A DNA stretch of 64,000 bases, from IMG/VR virus record IMGVR_UViG_3300043392_000054, positions 1 through 64,000 of that record. One strand, 5' to 3'. Source of the DNA: a virus. The notes beneath the pieces are model-generated. The model saw only the letters and a list, made by a program, of their open reading frames with translations, ran no database searches and was not told the origin of the DNA. A program made the position numbers and the translations under genes. Positions within the stretch are counted from its first letter, which is position 1; the number at the start of each line of letters is the position of its first letter. Shown piece after piece: positions 31,850 through 40,539 of the stretch.

Positions 31850-33130
31850 ATGAAAGCACTTTTAAATTATACAGAATTCCTTATTGAAAAATGGAATCAA
31901 AAGTATCCAACTTTAATTATGGAAGGTGGTGCAGCTGGCCACATGATGCATCCCTTTGATGATGACACTTTAACCTTTGGAGAAATCAAACACATCATAG
32001 ATGCTGCTTTACAGGGTAAATTAAACTTCGAAGAGGCACCAACTGAAAAAACAGATGGTCAAAATCTATTTGTTACGGTTAAAGGTGGAAAGGTTTTATT
32101 TGCTAGAAATAAAGGACAAATGAAAAGTCCAATAGACATTACACAAATTACGCAAATGTTCTTAGACCATCCATCTCCTGCAGTTAGAGATACTTTTACA
32201 TTTGCTGCAAATGATTTAGCTGGTGCATTATCTCACTTATCTGCTAAAGACCAAGCTGACTTTAATGATGGTAAATCATTTATGAATATGGAGTTAATTT
32301 ATTCAGGTAATGCAAACGTTATTTCTTATGAAAAGGATGTAATTCAATTTCATGGTATGATTCATACTGATGGAGAAGGTAACCAAACTGGTTCTGATTC
32401 TAAATTAGCTGGTAAAATTGCTGGAGCTTTAAAGGATGTTAATATGCATATTCAAAAAACTTTTGAAATTATACCTCCACAAGAACTTCAAATAGGTAAA
32501 GCAATTAATTTTGATGAAAAGAAATCTTATTTCTTAAATAAGATACAAACTTTACAAAATAGGTATAAGTTACAGGATACTGACCCAGTTTCAAAATATC
32601 ATGCAATGTGGTGGAAAGAACTGATTGACAAGGACTTTAAGAACCTAGACGAAATCGATAAAGCGGGTTTAGTTCAGAGATGGGCTTTTGATGATAAGAA
32701 AACTCTTAATGTTAGAGACTTAGCAAAGAAGATGTCTGCTGATGAATATAAAGAATTTCAACGTTTTGATAAAGAAGACGCTAAAAAGAAATTTAAGGAG
32801 AACATTGAACCATTTGAAAATTTATTCTTAGAATTAGGTTCTGTTGTTTTAAAAAATGTTTCGAATTTATTAGTTGCAAACCCTGATAAAGAAATGCAGC
32901 GTTTACACAATCAAATTAAAACCGAAGCAGATAAAATTAAACAAAACGGTGATTTAAGCCAAATGGCTAAAGTTGAAAAAGAATTAAATAGATTAAATTC
33001 AATTGGAGGTATTGAATCAATTGTACCTTCAGAGGGTTTAGTATTTCAATATAAAGGAAAGCTGTTTAAGCTGACTGGAACATTTGCTGCGATAAATCAG
33101 TTAATGGGTATAATAAAATATGGCAGATAA
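31850..33130 (+). CDS. Ligase-fold (ATP-grasp, RNA-ligase-like) nucleotidyltransferase with a capsid-targeting-like N-terminus
   Basis: Motif I PTEKTDGQN, motif III NMELI, motif IV SEGLVF and motif V FKLTG; N-terminus MKALLNYTEFLIE; EGGAAGHMMHPFD. Confidence 0.6.
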   Translation: MKALLNYTEFLIEKWNQKYPTLIMEGGAAGHMMHPFDDDTLTFGEIKHIIDAALQGKLNFEEAPTEKTDGQNLFVTVKGGKVLFARNKGQMKSPIDITQITQMFLDHPSPAVRDTFTFAANDLAGALSHLSAKDQADFNDGKSFMNMELIYSGNANVISYEKDVIQFHGMIHTDGEGNQTGSDSKLAGKIAGALKDVNMHIQKTFEIIPPQELQIGKAINFDEKKSYFLNKIQTLQNRYKLQDTDPVSKYHAMWWKELIDKDFKNLDEIDKAGLVQRWAFDDKKTLNVRDLAKKMSADEYKEFQRFDKEDAKKKFKENIEPFENLFLELGSVVLKNVSNLLVANPDKEMQRLHNQIKTEADKIKQNGDLSQMAKVEKELNRLNSIGGIESIVPSEGLVFQYKGKLFKLTGTFAAINQLMGIIKYGR

Positions 33131-33180
33131 TTTTTTTATATCAAATAAATTTATTATATTTACAATATTAAATTAAAAAG

Positions 33181-35043
33181 ATGGCATTACAAAGACTAAG
33201 AGATTTTTATCAAGCAACAAATAGCAATACATTTAATGAAATGTTAAAGCAAAAAGTTATTGTAACTGAGAAAATTGCTTCAACATCATTTCATGTTAGA
33301 AGAGGTTTAGAAGGATTTGAATATTTTAAATCTGGAAATACTGAACCAATGACAATGGTTGATAGAACTTTAACTTCATTATATGAAGTAGGAATTAAGC
33401 ATTTTCAAAGTCTTGTAAAAGATGTTAAAGAGGATATGCCAACTGATTGGAAATTCGGCTTTGATTATTTACCAGAGACTAATATTTCTTCTAGAATACA
33501 ATATGACCAAACACCATTTAATTTTATGATACTGTCACATATTCAAGTGATGACAAGTACTGGTAAAGTTAAAAAGGTTTTAACAGACCCTGTTGTTCTT
33601 AAAGAATGGGCTAATAAATTACAAGTACAAGCACCTACAATTATTTTTGAAGGTAATTTAGACCAATTACAAAAACAAGCATTGGTTAATTTATTATCGA
33701 CTTCAAATGAATCTTATCAAAAAAGATTTGCCAATGAGTCATTTACAAAACACGTATATAAATTATTTAATCCATCTGCATATAAATCAGTTCTTAATGA
33801 AGACTTAGAAAAACCAATTGATGGCTTAGTAATTAGCTTTATTGATTCTACGCAAATTAAGTCATTTAAATTAGATGAAGCATTAGAGCAACCTGAAGAG
33901 GTAAGAGAAAGCAGCCACATGTACCAATTAACAATGGTAGATATGCTAGAATATTTTTCTAATTACAATTTAGATTCAATCGAACTAGTAGAAACAGCTG
34001 CAGATAAAAGATATATTGAATTAGTTTCAACTATGTTTAATTCATACGTTAAAGAAAATGCAACCAAATATATCGGGGTTAATTTTAATTCTGCAGATTT
34101 TTCAAAATCCGAAATGTTTCAGCTAAATACAAAGTGGATTCAAAATGAAACAACACTAAGATACATTGAAAATCCTATTTTAGGAGAATTGTATAAAATA
34201 GTTTTAGGTTCATTTAATAAAAAGAAGATTAAAGAATCAACAATAATGAATCAAACTATGATTGAACAATTAAATGAAATTATTGACCAAATTGATGCAA
34301 AAATATACGCAGAACAAACTGATGAAAATGCAATTTATCAATTTAATCATTTCTTGTTAAAGAATAAAATTGCTGGAGCAAAGACAGACTTAAACGAAGC
34401 GCTTAAGATTGACTACCCAGAACAAGGAAAAGAAAAAGTTAATATATTTGTTGGTAGATTTCAACCATTCACCACAGGTCACGTAAAGGTCTTAGAAACA
34501 CTATACAAACAAAATGGGTATCCTGTAATTGTATTTTTAGTTAAAGCTAAAACTGCAAAAAAAGAGGATGCTATTAAAAGACCATACGATGTTGATACTC
34601 AAATAGAAATGTTTAATGCGGTTCAAAGAGAATACAAATTCTTAAAAGAAGTTATAGTTGTTCCATCTGCTGCGATTGACGTAATGTTTAATGAGTTAAG
34701 ACCTAAATATGAACCAGTTTTATGGGGCACAGGTACAGACCGAATGAAGGCATACGGTTATATGGTTAATAATGACAAATATAGAGATGAATTAGGAGTT
34801 CTTCCAGAATTTGGTCTTTATGAAATTCAAAGAGGCGACGATGATGTATCTGCTACTAAAGTTAGAAAGGCTTTAGAAGATGGAGATGCTAAAGAGTTTA
34901 ATAAAATGACACCTAATTCTTTACACTTTATGTTTGATGAACTAAAATCTAAATTAGAAGCTTCATTAGCTACATTAGAATCAATTGAAACAAATTTAGA
35001 TAATGATATACTAACATTTGAACAATTCATAACTAAACAATAA
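33181..35043 (+). CDS. Fusion of a degenerate ligase-like domain and a HIGH-motif cytidyltransferase/NMNAT-like domain
   Basis: N-terminal VTEKIAS...IDGLVI; C-terminal FVGRFQPFTTGH, GTGTDR and VSATKVRKAL. Confidence 0.65.
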   Translation: MALQRLRDFYQATNSNTFNEMLKQKVIVTEKIASTSFHVRRGLEGFEYFKSGNTEPMTMVDRTLTSLYEVGIKHFQSLVKDVKEDMPTDWKFGFDYLPETNISSRIQYDQTPFNFMILSHIQVMTSTGKVKKVLTDPVVLKEWANKLQVQAPTIIFEGNLDQLQKQALVNLLSTSNESYQKRFANESFTKHVYKLFNPSAYKSVLNEDLEKPIDGLVISFIDSTQIKSFKLDEALEQPEEVRESSHMYQLTMVDMLEYFSNYNLDSIELVETAADKRYIELVSTMFNSYVKENATKYIGVNFNSADFSKSEMFQLNTKWIQNETTLRYIENPILGELYKIVLGSFNKKKIKESTIMNQTMIEQLNEIIDQIDAKIYAEQTDENAIYQFNHFLLKNKIAGAKTDLNEALKIDYPEQGKEKVNIFVGRFQPFTTGHVKVLETLYKQNGYPVIVFLVKAKTAKKEDAIKRPYDVDTQIEMFNAVQREYKFLKEVIVVPSAAIDVMFNELRPKYEPVLWGTGTDRMKAYGYMVNNDKYRDELGVLPEFGLYEIQRGDDDVSATKVRKALEDGDAKEFNKMTPNSLHFMFDELKSKLEASLATLESIETNLDNDILTFEQFITKQ

Positions 35044-35044
35044 A

Positions 35045-36490
35045 ATGTCAGGAACTTACGGAGATATTAGAGCTCGTTTTGCTACTGCTTTAAATAAAGC
35101 TGTCAACGAATCCAAATCGGGTGGAGAAAGTGAACTTTTAAATGCATTAAGACCCGCATTTGATAAAGCCGGATATGATGGTAAAATAGAATCAGGTAGA
35201 AGACCTAAGCATTTAAGATATATGTTAGGTAAAAATGTTAATGATACTTTAGCCAGTATTAATGCTGTTTTAAAAAGAGAATTAAGCAATTATACAATTG
35301 ATACAATTTCACCAGGAGATTATAAATCAGGTTCCTTTTCAGGTAAATATTATACCTTTAATATTATTTTACAAGATAGTACAGTAGTTAGGGGTGTTGA
35401 ATTTCCAGCAGGTATTGAATTTAAAATAGTAAATGATGATGTTCCAGCTGGTTCAATTTCAGCAAAAGCATTGACACCCGTAGGATTAGGTTTACCTTCT
35501 ACTTATATGAATCAGCAGCAAATAATCAATGTGACTAAAAATGCTGTATCTTCTAAATATAAAGATGATGATTTAATTATAGAACTATTACATTCATTAG
35601 TAAATGATGTTGCTGGCTTCTCTTCCAAACACAGATATGAATCTGCAGGAAACGTTGATACCTTTGAAGAAACTATTACATATTCGCCAAATACATCGCA
35701 CTTAATTTCACATTTTGACCCATCAGATTTAAATACAATAGGTAAAGATTTTGGTGAAATATTAGGAGCCATTTACATGTTAAATATATGCGGATATAAT
35801 AAAGGTATTGAATTTCCTAGTGGAAATAATCCATTAGTTGATTTTTATATTGATGGATTTGGCGTATCTTCTAAATATAAATCAGGAGCAGCACCAACTC
35901 TTTCGGGAATTATAAAGAATGTTAATCAAGACCAATTAACAACTGATGCAGAAAAAGATTTATTAGAAGTATTTAAAATCGTTGAAAGTAGTAAAGTATC
36001 CGAAGGTTATTTAAAAATAGCGAAGCACTTCAATATGCCAGGCTATCAAGCATTAGTTGAAATTACAAGACAAACAGATATAACAATACAATCTCTTAAT
36101 ACGTTTATTCAACAAATTTTATCTGAAAAACCAGAGGAGTTTATGAATATTTTTGATAAATTTTATACAACTATCGGTAGATTTCCACAAGGTAAAAAAA
36201 TAGAATGGAATAGAATTAAAGCAGAAAAAGTATATGGCGCAGTAATTGGACCTATCAGTTACCATGTAACTGATTTTTTAAATGCAAACGAACAAATTAA
36301 AGATGCACTTACAAATCTTTTATCTAAACTTGAAGTAAAACAATTGTATTTGGATTTTATTCCAAAAAGAAATGAGATACATCTTCATATGAAATCGTTC
36401 TCTACTGAAGGAGTTAAATTTACCTTCGAAGCGCCTAATCAATCAGTATATGTTCCAGATAATGGTAAGCTAGGATTTAAAATGAAATAA
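35045..36490 (+). CDS. Hypothetical protein, 481 aa, possibly with a PD-(D/E)xK nuclease-like core
   Basis: DFGEILGA...FPSGNNPLVDFYIDGFGVSSKYKSG resembles an E...PD...(S)xK restriction-like active site. Confidence 0.4.
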   Translation: MSGTYGDIRARFATALNKAVNESKSGGESELLNALRPAFDKAGYDGKIESGRRPKHLRYMLGKNVNDTLASINAVLKRELSNYTIDTISPGDYKSGSFSGKYYTFNIILQDSTVVRGVEFPAGIEFKIVNDDVPAGSISAKALTPVGLGLPSTYMNQQQIINVTKNAVSSKYKDDDLIIELLHSLVNDVAGFSSKHRYESAGNVDTFEETITYSPNTSHLISHFDPSDLNTIGKDFGEILGAIYMLNICGYNKGIEFPSGNNPLVDFYIDGFGVSSKYKSGAAPTLSGIIKNVNQDQLTTDAEKDLLEVFKIVESSKVSEGYLKIAKHFNMPGYQALVEITRQTDITIQSLNTFIQQILSEKPEEFMNIFDKFYTTIGRFPQGKKIEWNRIKAEKVYGAVIGPISYHVTDFLNANEQIKDALTNLLSKLEVKQLYLDFIPKRNEIHLHMKSFSTEGVKFTFEAPNQSVYVPDNGKLGFKMK

Positions 36491-36527
36491 TGATATATAA
36501 TAATATATTAAAAAATAAAATAAAATT

Positions 36528-38414
36528 ATGAACTTTGAACAGTTTTTAAATGAAGCTAAAAATTTTAAAGTAGGAGACACTTGGGAGTGGCATGGTAAAG
36601 ATTGGTCTGCTGACCAAAAGAAAGATGTTGATACTATCAAGAAAGTTAAAATTACTAAAGTTGAAGGCTCTAATATTACAGGTCAATTTGATGGCGAATC
36701 TAAAGAGTATATCATTAGAGATGCTAACAAATACTTAAAGAAAAAAGTAAATGAGTCTGAAGAAATTACAGAATCTAACATCAAAGTTGGAGATACGGTT
36801 TCTAGAAAATTTATGGGAGAAGACCCAACTCAAACTTTCAAAGTTATTAGCATTTCAGGTGGTAAAGCTAAATTAAAAGATACTAAAACTGGAGAAGAAA
36901 ACGGAATGTATCTTTCTGACCTAATTAAAGAGTCTGAAGAATTAGAAGAAGCTACAAAGGAAAATCCAAGCGTTTGGGTTCCTGGCGGATTTGATAAAGA
37001 AATGTCAAAATATCCAAATAATAAAATAACTAAAGAAATAGTTCTTAAAGCTGCTAAGAAATATAACGTTGATGCAGAAGATGCTATTCAATATGTTGAA
37101 TTTGGATGGGATATAGATTTAAATGAAAGCGTAAATGAAGCTGAAGCGTCATACGGTTTATCTAAAGCCGAAACTAAAAAGGTTGCAGAAACTTTAGCTA
37201 AAGCAATCTCTAAAAATGACGGTGTTAAATGCACTGTTAATTTAAAATCATTAGAAGAAGATTCATTTGATTTAGATATCGATGGCGAGGAATATGAAGG
37301 TGGTTCTTATTATATCAATGATAAAGGCGAAGTAGTTAATGCTGCAATAACACCACATGAAATATATGGTAAAGCTGAATCTTCAGTTGAAGATTTTATT
37401 AAAGGTTTAAAGAAGCCAGTTAAAGAATCAGCAGAAGTTAATGAATCAAAAATCACAATTAAAAGACAATATACTGAAAATTACCCAGCATCAACTGTAG
37501 GTAAGCACGCTGGAGTTAGAAATAAAATTATCGAAGCTCTAAAAGATGGTCAATTAACTAAAGAAGAATTTGAACAATTAGTTTCAGGTTTAACAGAAGA
37601 TTCTAAAAGATGGTTAAAAAGAAATGCAGCATTCTTTAATATTCAAGAAGACCAAGTTTCATTATCTGCAACAGGTAAAAAGATTTTAAAATCTATTGAC
37701 GAATCGGGTTATAGACCAATGACAGATGCAGAAAGACAAAAAGCCCAATATAAGAAAAATCAATTAGCAAGATTAAGAGCCGTTGATAAGAAAGAAGAAG
37801 AAGGCAAAAGATTAAGAGCTTTACAGCAAAAGTTACATCAGCAAAAAATGAGAAAGGCAAATGAAAGCTTTATTTATGAATCATTCTCTGAGTTTGTTGA
37901 AAATGAATTAAATGAAAAGGCCTATAGATTAACAGGTCATTATACTACTAAAGGAATTATTGGTAAAGTGATGCAGACCTTTAAGAAACATATAGAGCAT
38001 ATTAAATATGAAGAAGATGTTGAAAAAACTTTAAAAGAAGTCAATAAGGCATGGGAGCATTTTCACAATGAAGGTTCTAAAATAATCTTAGATGAAGTTC
38101 ATAAGGCAGTTAAAGATATGGAACAAGTCCTTTATGTTCAAGTTGATGGATTAAGCCAACGTTGGGAAGCAGATACTATTAATAAATTAAATAAAGAAGG
38201 CGGACCTTTGTATATTGTAATTCCTGGCGATTTTGTAATTAACATTGGATTCATGGATGATGTAGACGGTTCTAAATTTAAAAACAAATTAGGCGGTATG
38301 ATGAATAGTGCTATTTCTGGAGGTGAAGATTTATATGGAGAATTTGACCCTGAAATAGATGAAAATAACGTAGAGATTAGAGGAAACGAAGTTATACAAA
38401 TAGATTCAAAATAA
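36528..38414 (+). CDS. Modular head-associated polyprotein-like protein with a capsid-targeting-like N-terminus
   Basis: MNFEQFLNE|A; linkers VNESEEITES, IKESEELEEA, LNESVNEA, VKESAEVNES and NELNEK; two tandem (F/I)KVGD SH3/KOW-like modules. Confidence 0.55.
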   Translation: MNFEQFLNEAKNFKVGDTWEWHGKDWSADQKKDVDTIKKVKITKVEGSNITGQFDGESKEYIIRDANKYLKKKVNESEEITESNIKVGDTVSRKFMGEDPTQTFKVISISGGKAKLKDTKTGEENGMYLSDLIKESEELEEATKENPSVWVPGGFDKEMSKYPNNKITKEIVLKAAKKYNVDAEDAIQYVEFGWDIDLNESVNEAEASYGLSKAETKKVAETLAKAISKNDGVKCTVNLKSLEEDSFDLDIDGEEYEGGSYYINDKGEVVNAAITPHEIYGKAESSVEDFIKGLKKPVKESAEVNESKITIKRQYTENYPASTVGKHAGVRNKIIEALKDGQLTKEEFEQLVSGLTEDSKRWLKRNAAFFNIQEDQVSLSATGKKILKSIDESGYRPMTDAERQKAQYKKNQLARLRAVDKKEEEGKRLRALQQKLHQQKMRKANESFIYESFSEFVENELNEKAYRLTGHYTTKGIIGKVMQTFKKHIEHIKYEEDVEKTLKEVNKAWEHFHNEGSKIILDEVHKAVKDMEQVLYVQVDGLSQRWEADTINKLNKEGGPLYIVIPGDFVINIGFMDDVDGSKFKNKLGGMMNSAISGGEDLYGEFDPEIDENNVEIRGNEVIQIDSK

Positions 38415-38421
38415 TAAAATT

Positions 38422-39132
38422 ATGCCAGCACAATCAAAAGCTCAACAAAGATTATTTGGAATTGCATACGCAGTTAAGAAGGGTAATATGTCTATTGAAG
38501 ATGTTACGCCTGAATATAAAAAGAAGATTAAGGACTTAATCGCAAATATGTCTATTGAGCAATTAAAGGATTATGCTGAAACTGATGCAAAAACTTTACC
38601 AGATACTGTTGAAGGAGATGATACATCAGAAGGTTTAGCTTTTGCTGCTAGTTATAATGCACCGCAAGGAGCTGCAATGCCCGGCTCAGGAATGGGTAAA
38701 ATACAGTTACCAGATATGTCAACTGGCGCAACTGGTTCTGGTGATAAAATTTCAGGACAGGGTAACGCTGAAGATGAATATAAAAAGGAGAAAAAGAAAA
38801 GAAAGAAGCTTTTACAAATGATTAAAACATATGAAAGCTTTTCACTAAATGAATCAGTTTCATTTAAAGCTAAATATAAATTAGAAGGTATTAAAGGCGA
38901 AGTTTCTTTTTTAGTCTCTTATTCAGATAGCATAGTTCAATTTATACCAGCTACTTCTAAAGATTTAGAATTGATTGATAAGATTGATGCTTCTTCTGGT
39001 TTACAAAAATGGTTAGACCATAAATTTGGTAAAGGCGGATTTATTAAAAATCAAGAAGGTAGAGCTGGGTATAGTTTTACAATTACAGATGATTTAATAG
39101 AGGATTCAATCCTTAAATTTTTAAAAGTTTAA
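38422..39132 (+). CDS. Hypothetical protein of the MPAxSKAQQR-type phage family, with an internal capsid-targeting-like motif
   Basis: N-terminus MPAQSKAQQRLFG; internal MIKTYESFSLNE|S at 38818. Confidence 0.55.
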   Translation: MPAQSKAQQRLFGIAYAVKKGNMSIEDVTPEYKKKIKDLIANMSIEQLKDYAETDAKTLPDTVEGDDTSEGLAFAASYNAPQGAAMPGSGMGKIQLPDMSTGATGSGDKISGQGNAEDEYKKEKKKRKKLLQMIKTYESFSLNESVSFKAKYKLEGIKGEVSFLVSYSDSIVQFIPATSKDLELIDKIDASSGLQKWLDHKFGKGGFIKNQEGRAGYSFTITDDLIEDSILKFLKV

Positions 39133-39155
39133 CGCGTATCATTGCTTAAACAAAT

Positions 39156-39177
39156 AAAAGGGCCGTAAGGCCCTTTT
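39156..39177. terminator. Bidirectional intrinsic terminator between convergent genes
   Basis: AAAAGGGCC-GTAA-GGCCCTTTT, with A and T tracts on either side. Confidence 0.88.
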
Positions 39178-39182
39178 TCTTT

Positions 39183-39317
39183 TTAACGACCTTGACCTCT
39201 ATATTTCTTTTTATAATTTTTAGAAGTCTTGTTGTTTGATGTTTTTGTCTTGGCTTGTAAACCTTTTCCTGTAACTTTTTTTACTTTACCAATTGTGGAT
39301 GCAATAGCTTTTGCCAT
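39183..39317 (-). CDS. Small basic 44-aa protein ending KKYRGQGR (missed by the ORF track)
   Basis: Translated by hand: MAKAIASTIGKVKKVTGKGLQAKTKTSNNKTSKNYKKKYRGQGR*. It ends at the bidirectional terminator. The YRGQGR tail is recalled from other T4-like phages. Confidence 0.8.
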   Translation of the reverse strand: MAKAIASTIGKVKKVTGKGLQAKTKTSNNKTSKNYKKKYRGQGR

Positions 39318-39407
39318 TTCTTATTAGTTATTTTTTAATCGGTAATTCGACATGCTATTTATTAAAAAATACTTTAAAAAAAGCTTTTATTTGTCGTAAA
39401 AATATAT

Positions 39408-39415
39408 TATATTTA
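39408..39415 (+). promoter_or_regulatory. Candidate Bacteroidota-type -7 promoter element TATATTTA (similar at 33155; TATATTTG at 49588)
   Basis: Matches or nearly matches the TAnnTTTG consensus; all three copies are intergenic, 20-30 nt before ATGs. Confidence 0.5.
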
Positions 39416-39435
39416 CATAGATAAAAAATAAAGCA

Positions 39436-39942
39436 ATGATAATACCTCAAGAATTTAAACCTATATCTAAAGCTATTTATGAATCTATCGTAATTTATAG
39501 AAATATGATAGCAGAATATGGTTTAAATCATAAAGCAACAAAGGCCTATTCAGGAGCATTAAATCATGTAATTAGACAATACGATGGTTTCATTGGGGCT
39601 AGATTAATCACAAAAGAAGCTGTTAAACAAATAAAGGTTGAAAATCCATTTGGTTTAGGTTGGACTTTTCGTGAAAAGGTAAACGCTTATTATGAACATT
39701 GCAATCCTATTAAAGAAATTAAAGAAGGTCTTTTAAAATGTAATTCTTTAGAAGAAGCTGAAGAATATCTTTTTAAAAATATAATAGTTTGTTGGATGAC
39801 AGAGGAAGAAAATAATCGACTAAATAAAGCAGGTTATAGGTCAAAAAGACCAAACGGATTTATAGAATGTTATAATAGCTTAAATATTGAAATCTTAAAT
39901 GAAACCGAATTTAAAAAATTAAAGCAATGCAACCTTATATAG
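39436..39942 (+). CDS. Hypothetical protein, possibly HNH-like (EHxxP motif)
   Basis: YYEHCNPIKE...CWMTEEENNRLNK. Confidence 0.4.
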   Translation: MIIPQEFKPISKAIYESIVIYRNMIAEYGLNHKATKAYSGALNHVIRQYDGFIGARLITKEAVKQIKVENPFGLGWTFREKVNAYYEHCNPIKEIKEGLLKCNSLEEAEEYLFKNIIVCWMTEEENNRLNKAGYRSKRPNGFIECYNSLNIEILNETEFKKLKQCNLI

Positions 39943-40205
39943 TATACTACCTACATTATGAAGATTTTCGTTTTATGAAACCTACATGGAATCTTCGGTC
40001 TGATTATAGTTGTTGCGTTATGGCTGATTCACAAGAGCATGCCATGGAAAAAACAAAGAAACTTTTAGAAAAAATATATGGACAAGTCTATATTAGTTTT
40101 AAAGGTATAGCAACTGGTAAAGTTGAATGGGTCGATGAAGAGAATTCACTTGGTAAAAATGATATTATGCCATTGGGCGGTTGGCCTAAATCTGAAACAA
40201 ATTAA
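39927..40205 (+). CDS. Hypothetical protein, 92 aa
   Basis: ORF track. Confidence 0.5.
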   Translation: MQPYIVYYLHYEDFRFMKPTWNLRSDYSCCVMADSQEHAMEKTKKLLEKIYGQVYISFKGIATGKVEWVDEENSLGKNDIMPLGGWPKSETN

Positions 40206-40239
40206 TAAAACTTATATATAATATTTAAACTAACAATAT

Positions 40240-40539
40240 ATGAATATATTAGAACAAGCTAATAAAATTATTAATGAGCGTTCTGAAGAAAAAGAACGTC
40301 AATATGGTCCATTCGAAGAAGGTATGCGTAGAGCTGCCCAAATCGCCAGCGGTATGACTGGTAAAGATTTCACAGGAAGTGATATGTATGCTGCGCTAGT
40401 TGCATTAAAATTAAGCCGTCACTCTTACAACTACAAACAAGATAACTTATTAGATGCAGTAGCTTATTTAGGTGCTCTTGATAATTACGTTGAAAAATTT
40501 GGTTATAAAGAAACCGAAAAACCTGTTACTAATGAATAA
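40240..40539 (+). CDS. DUF6378-like all-alpha (d)NTP pyrophosphohydrolase-type protein
   Basis: ILEQANKIINERSEEKERQYG...ALKLSR...DNLLDAVAYL. Confidence 0.65.
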   Translation: MNILEQANKIINERSEEKERQYGPFEEGMRRAAQIASGMTGKDFTGSDMYAALVALKLSRHSYNYKQDNLLDAVAYLGALDNYVEKFGYKETEKPVTNE

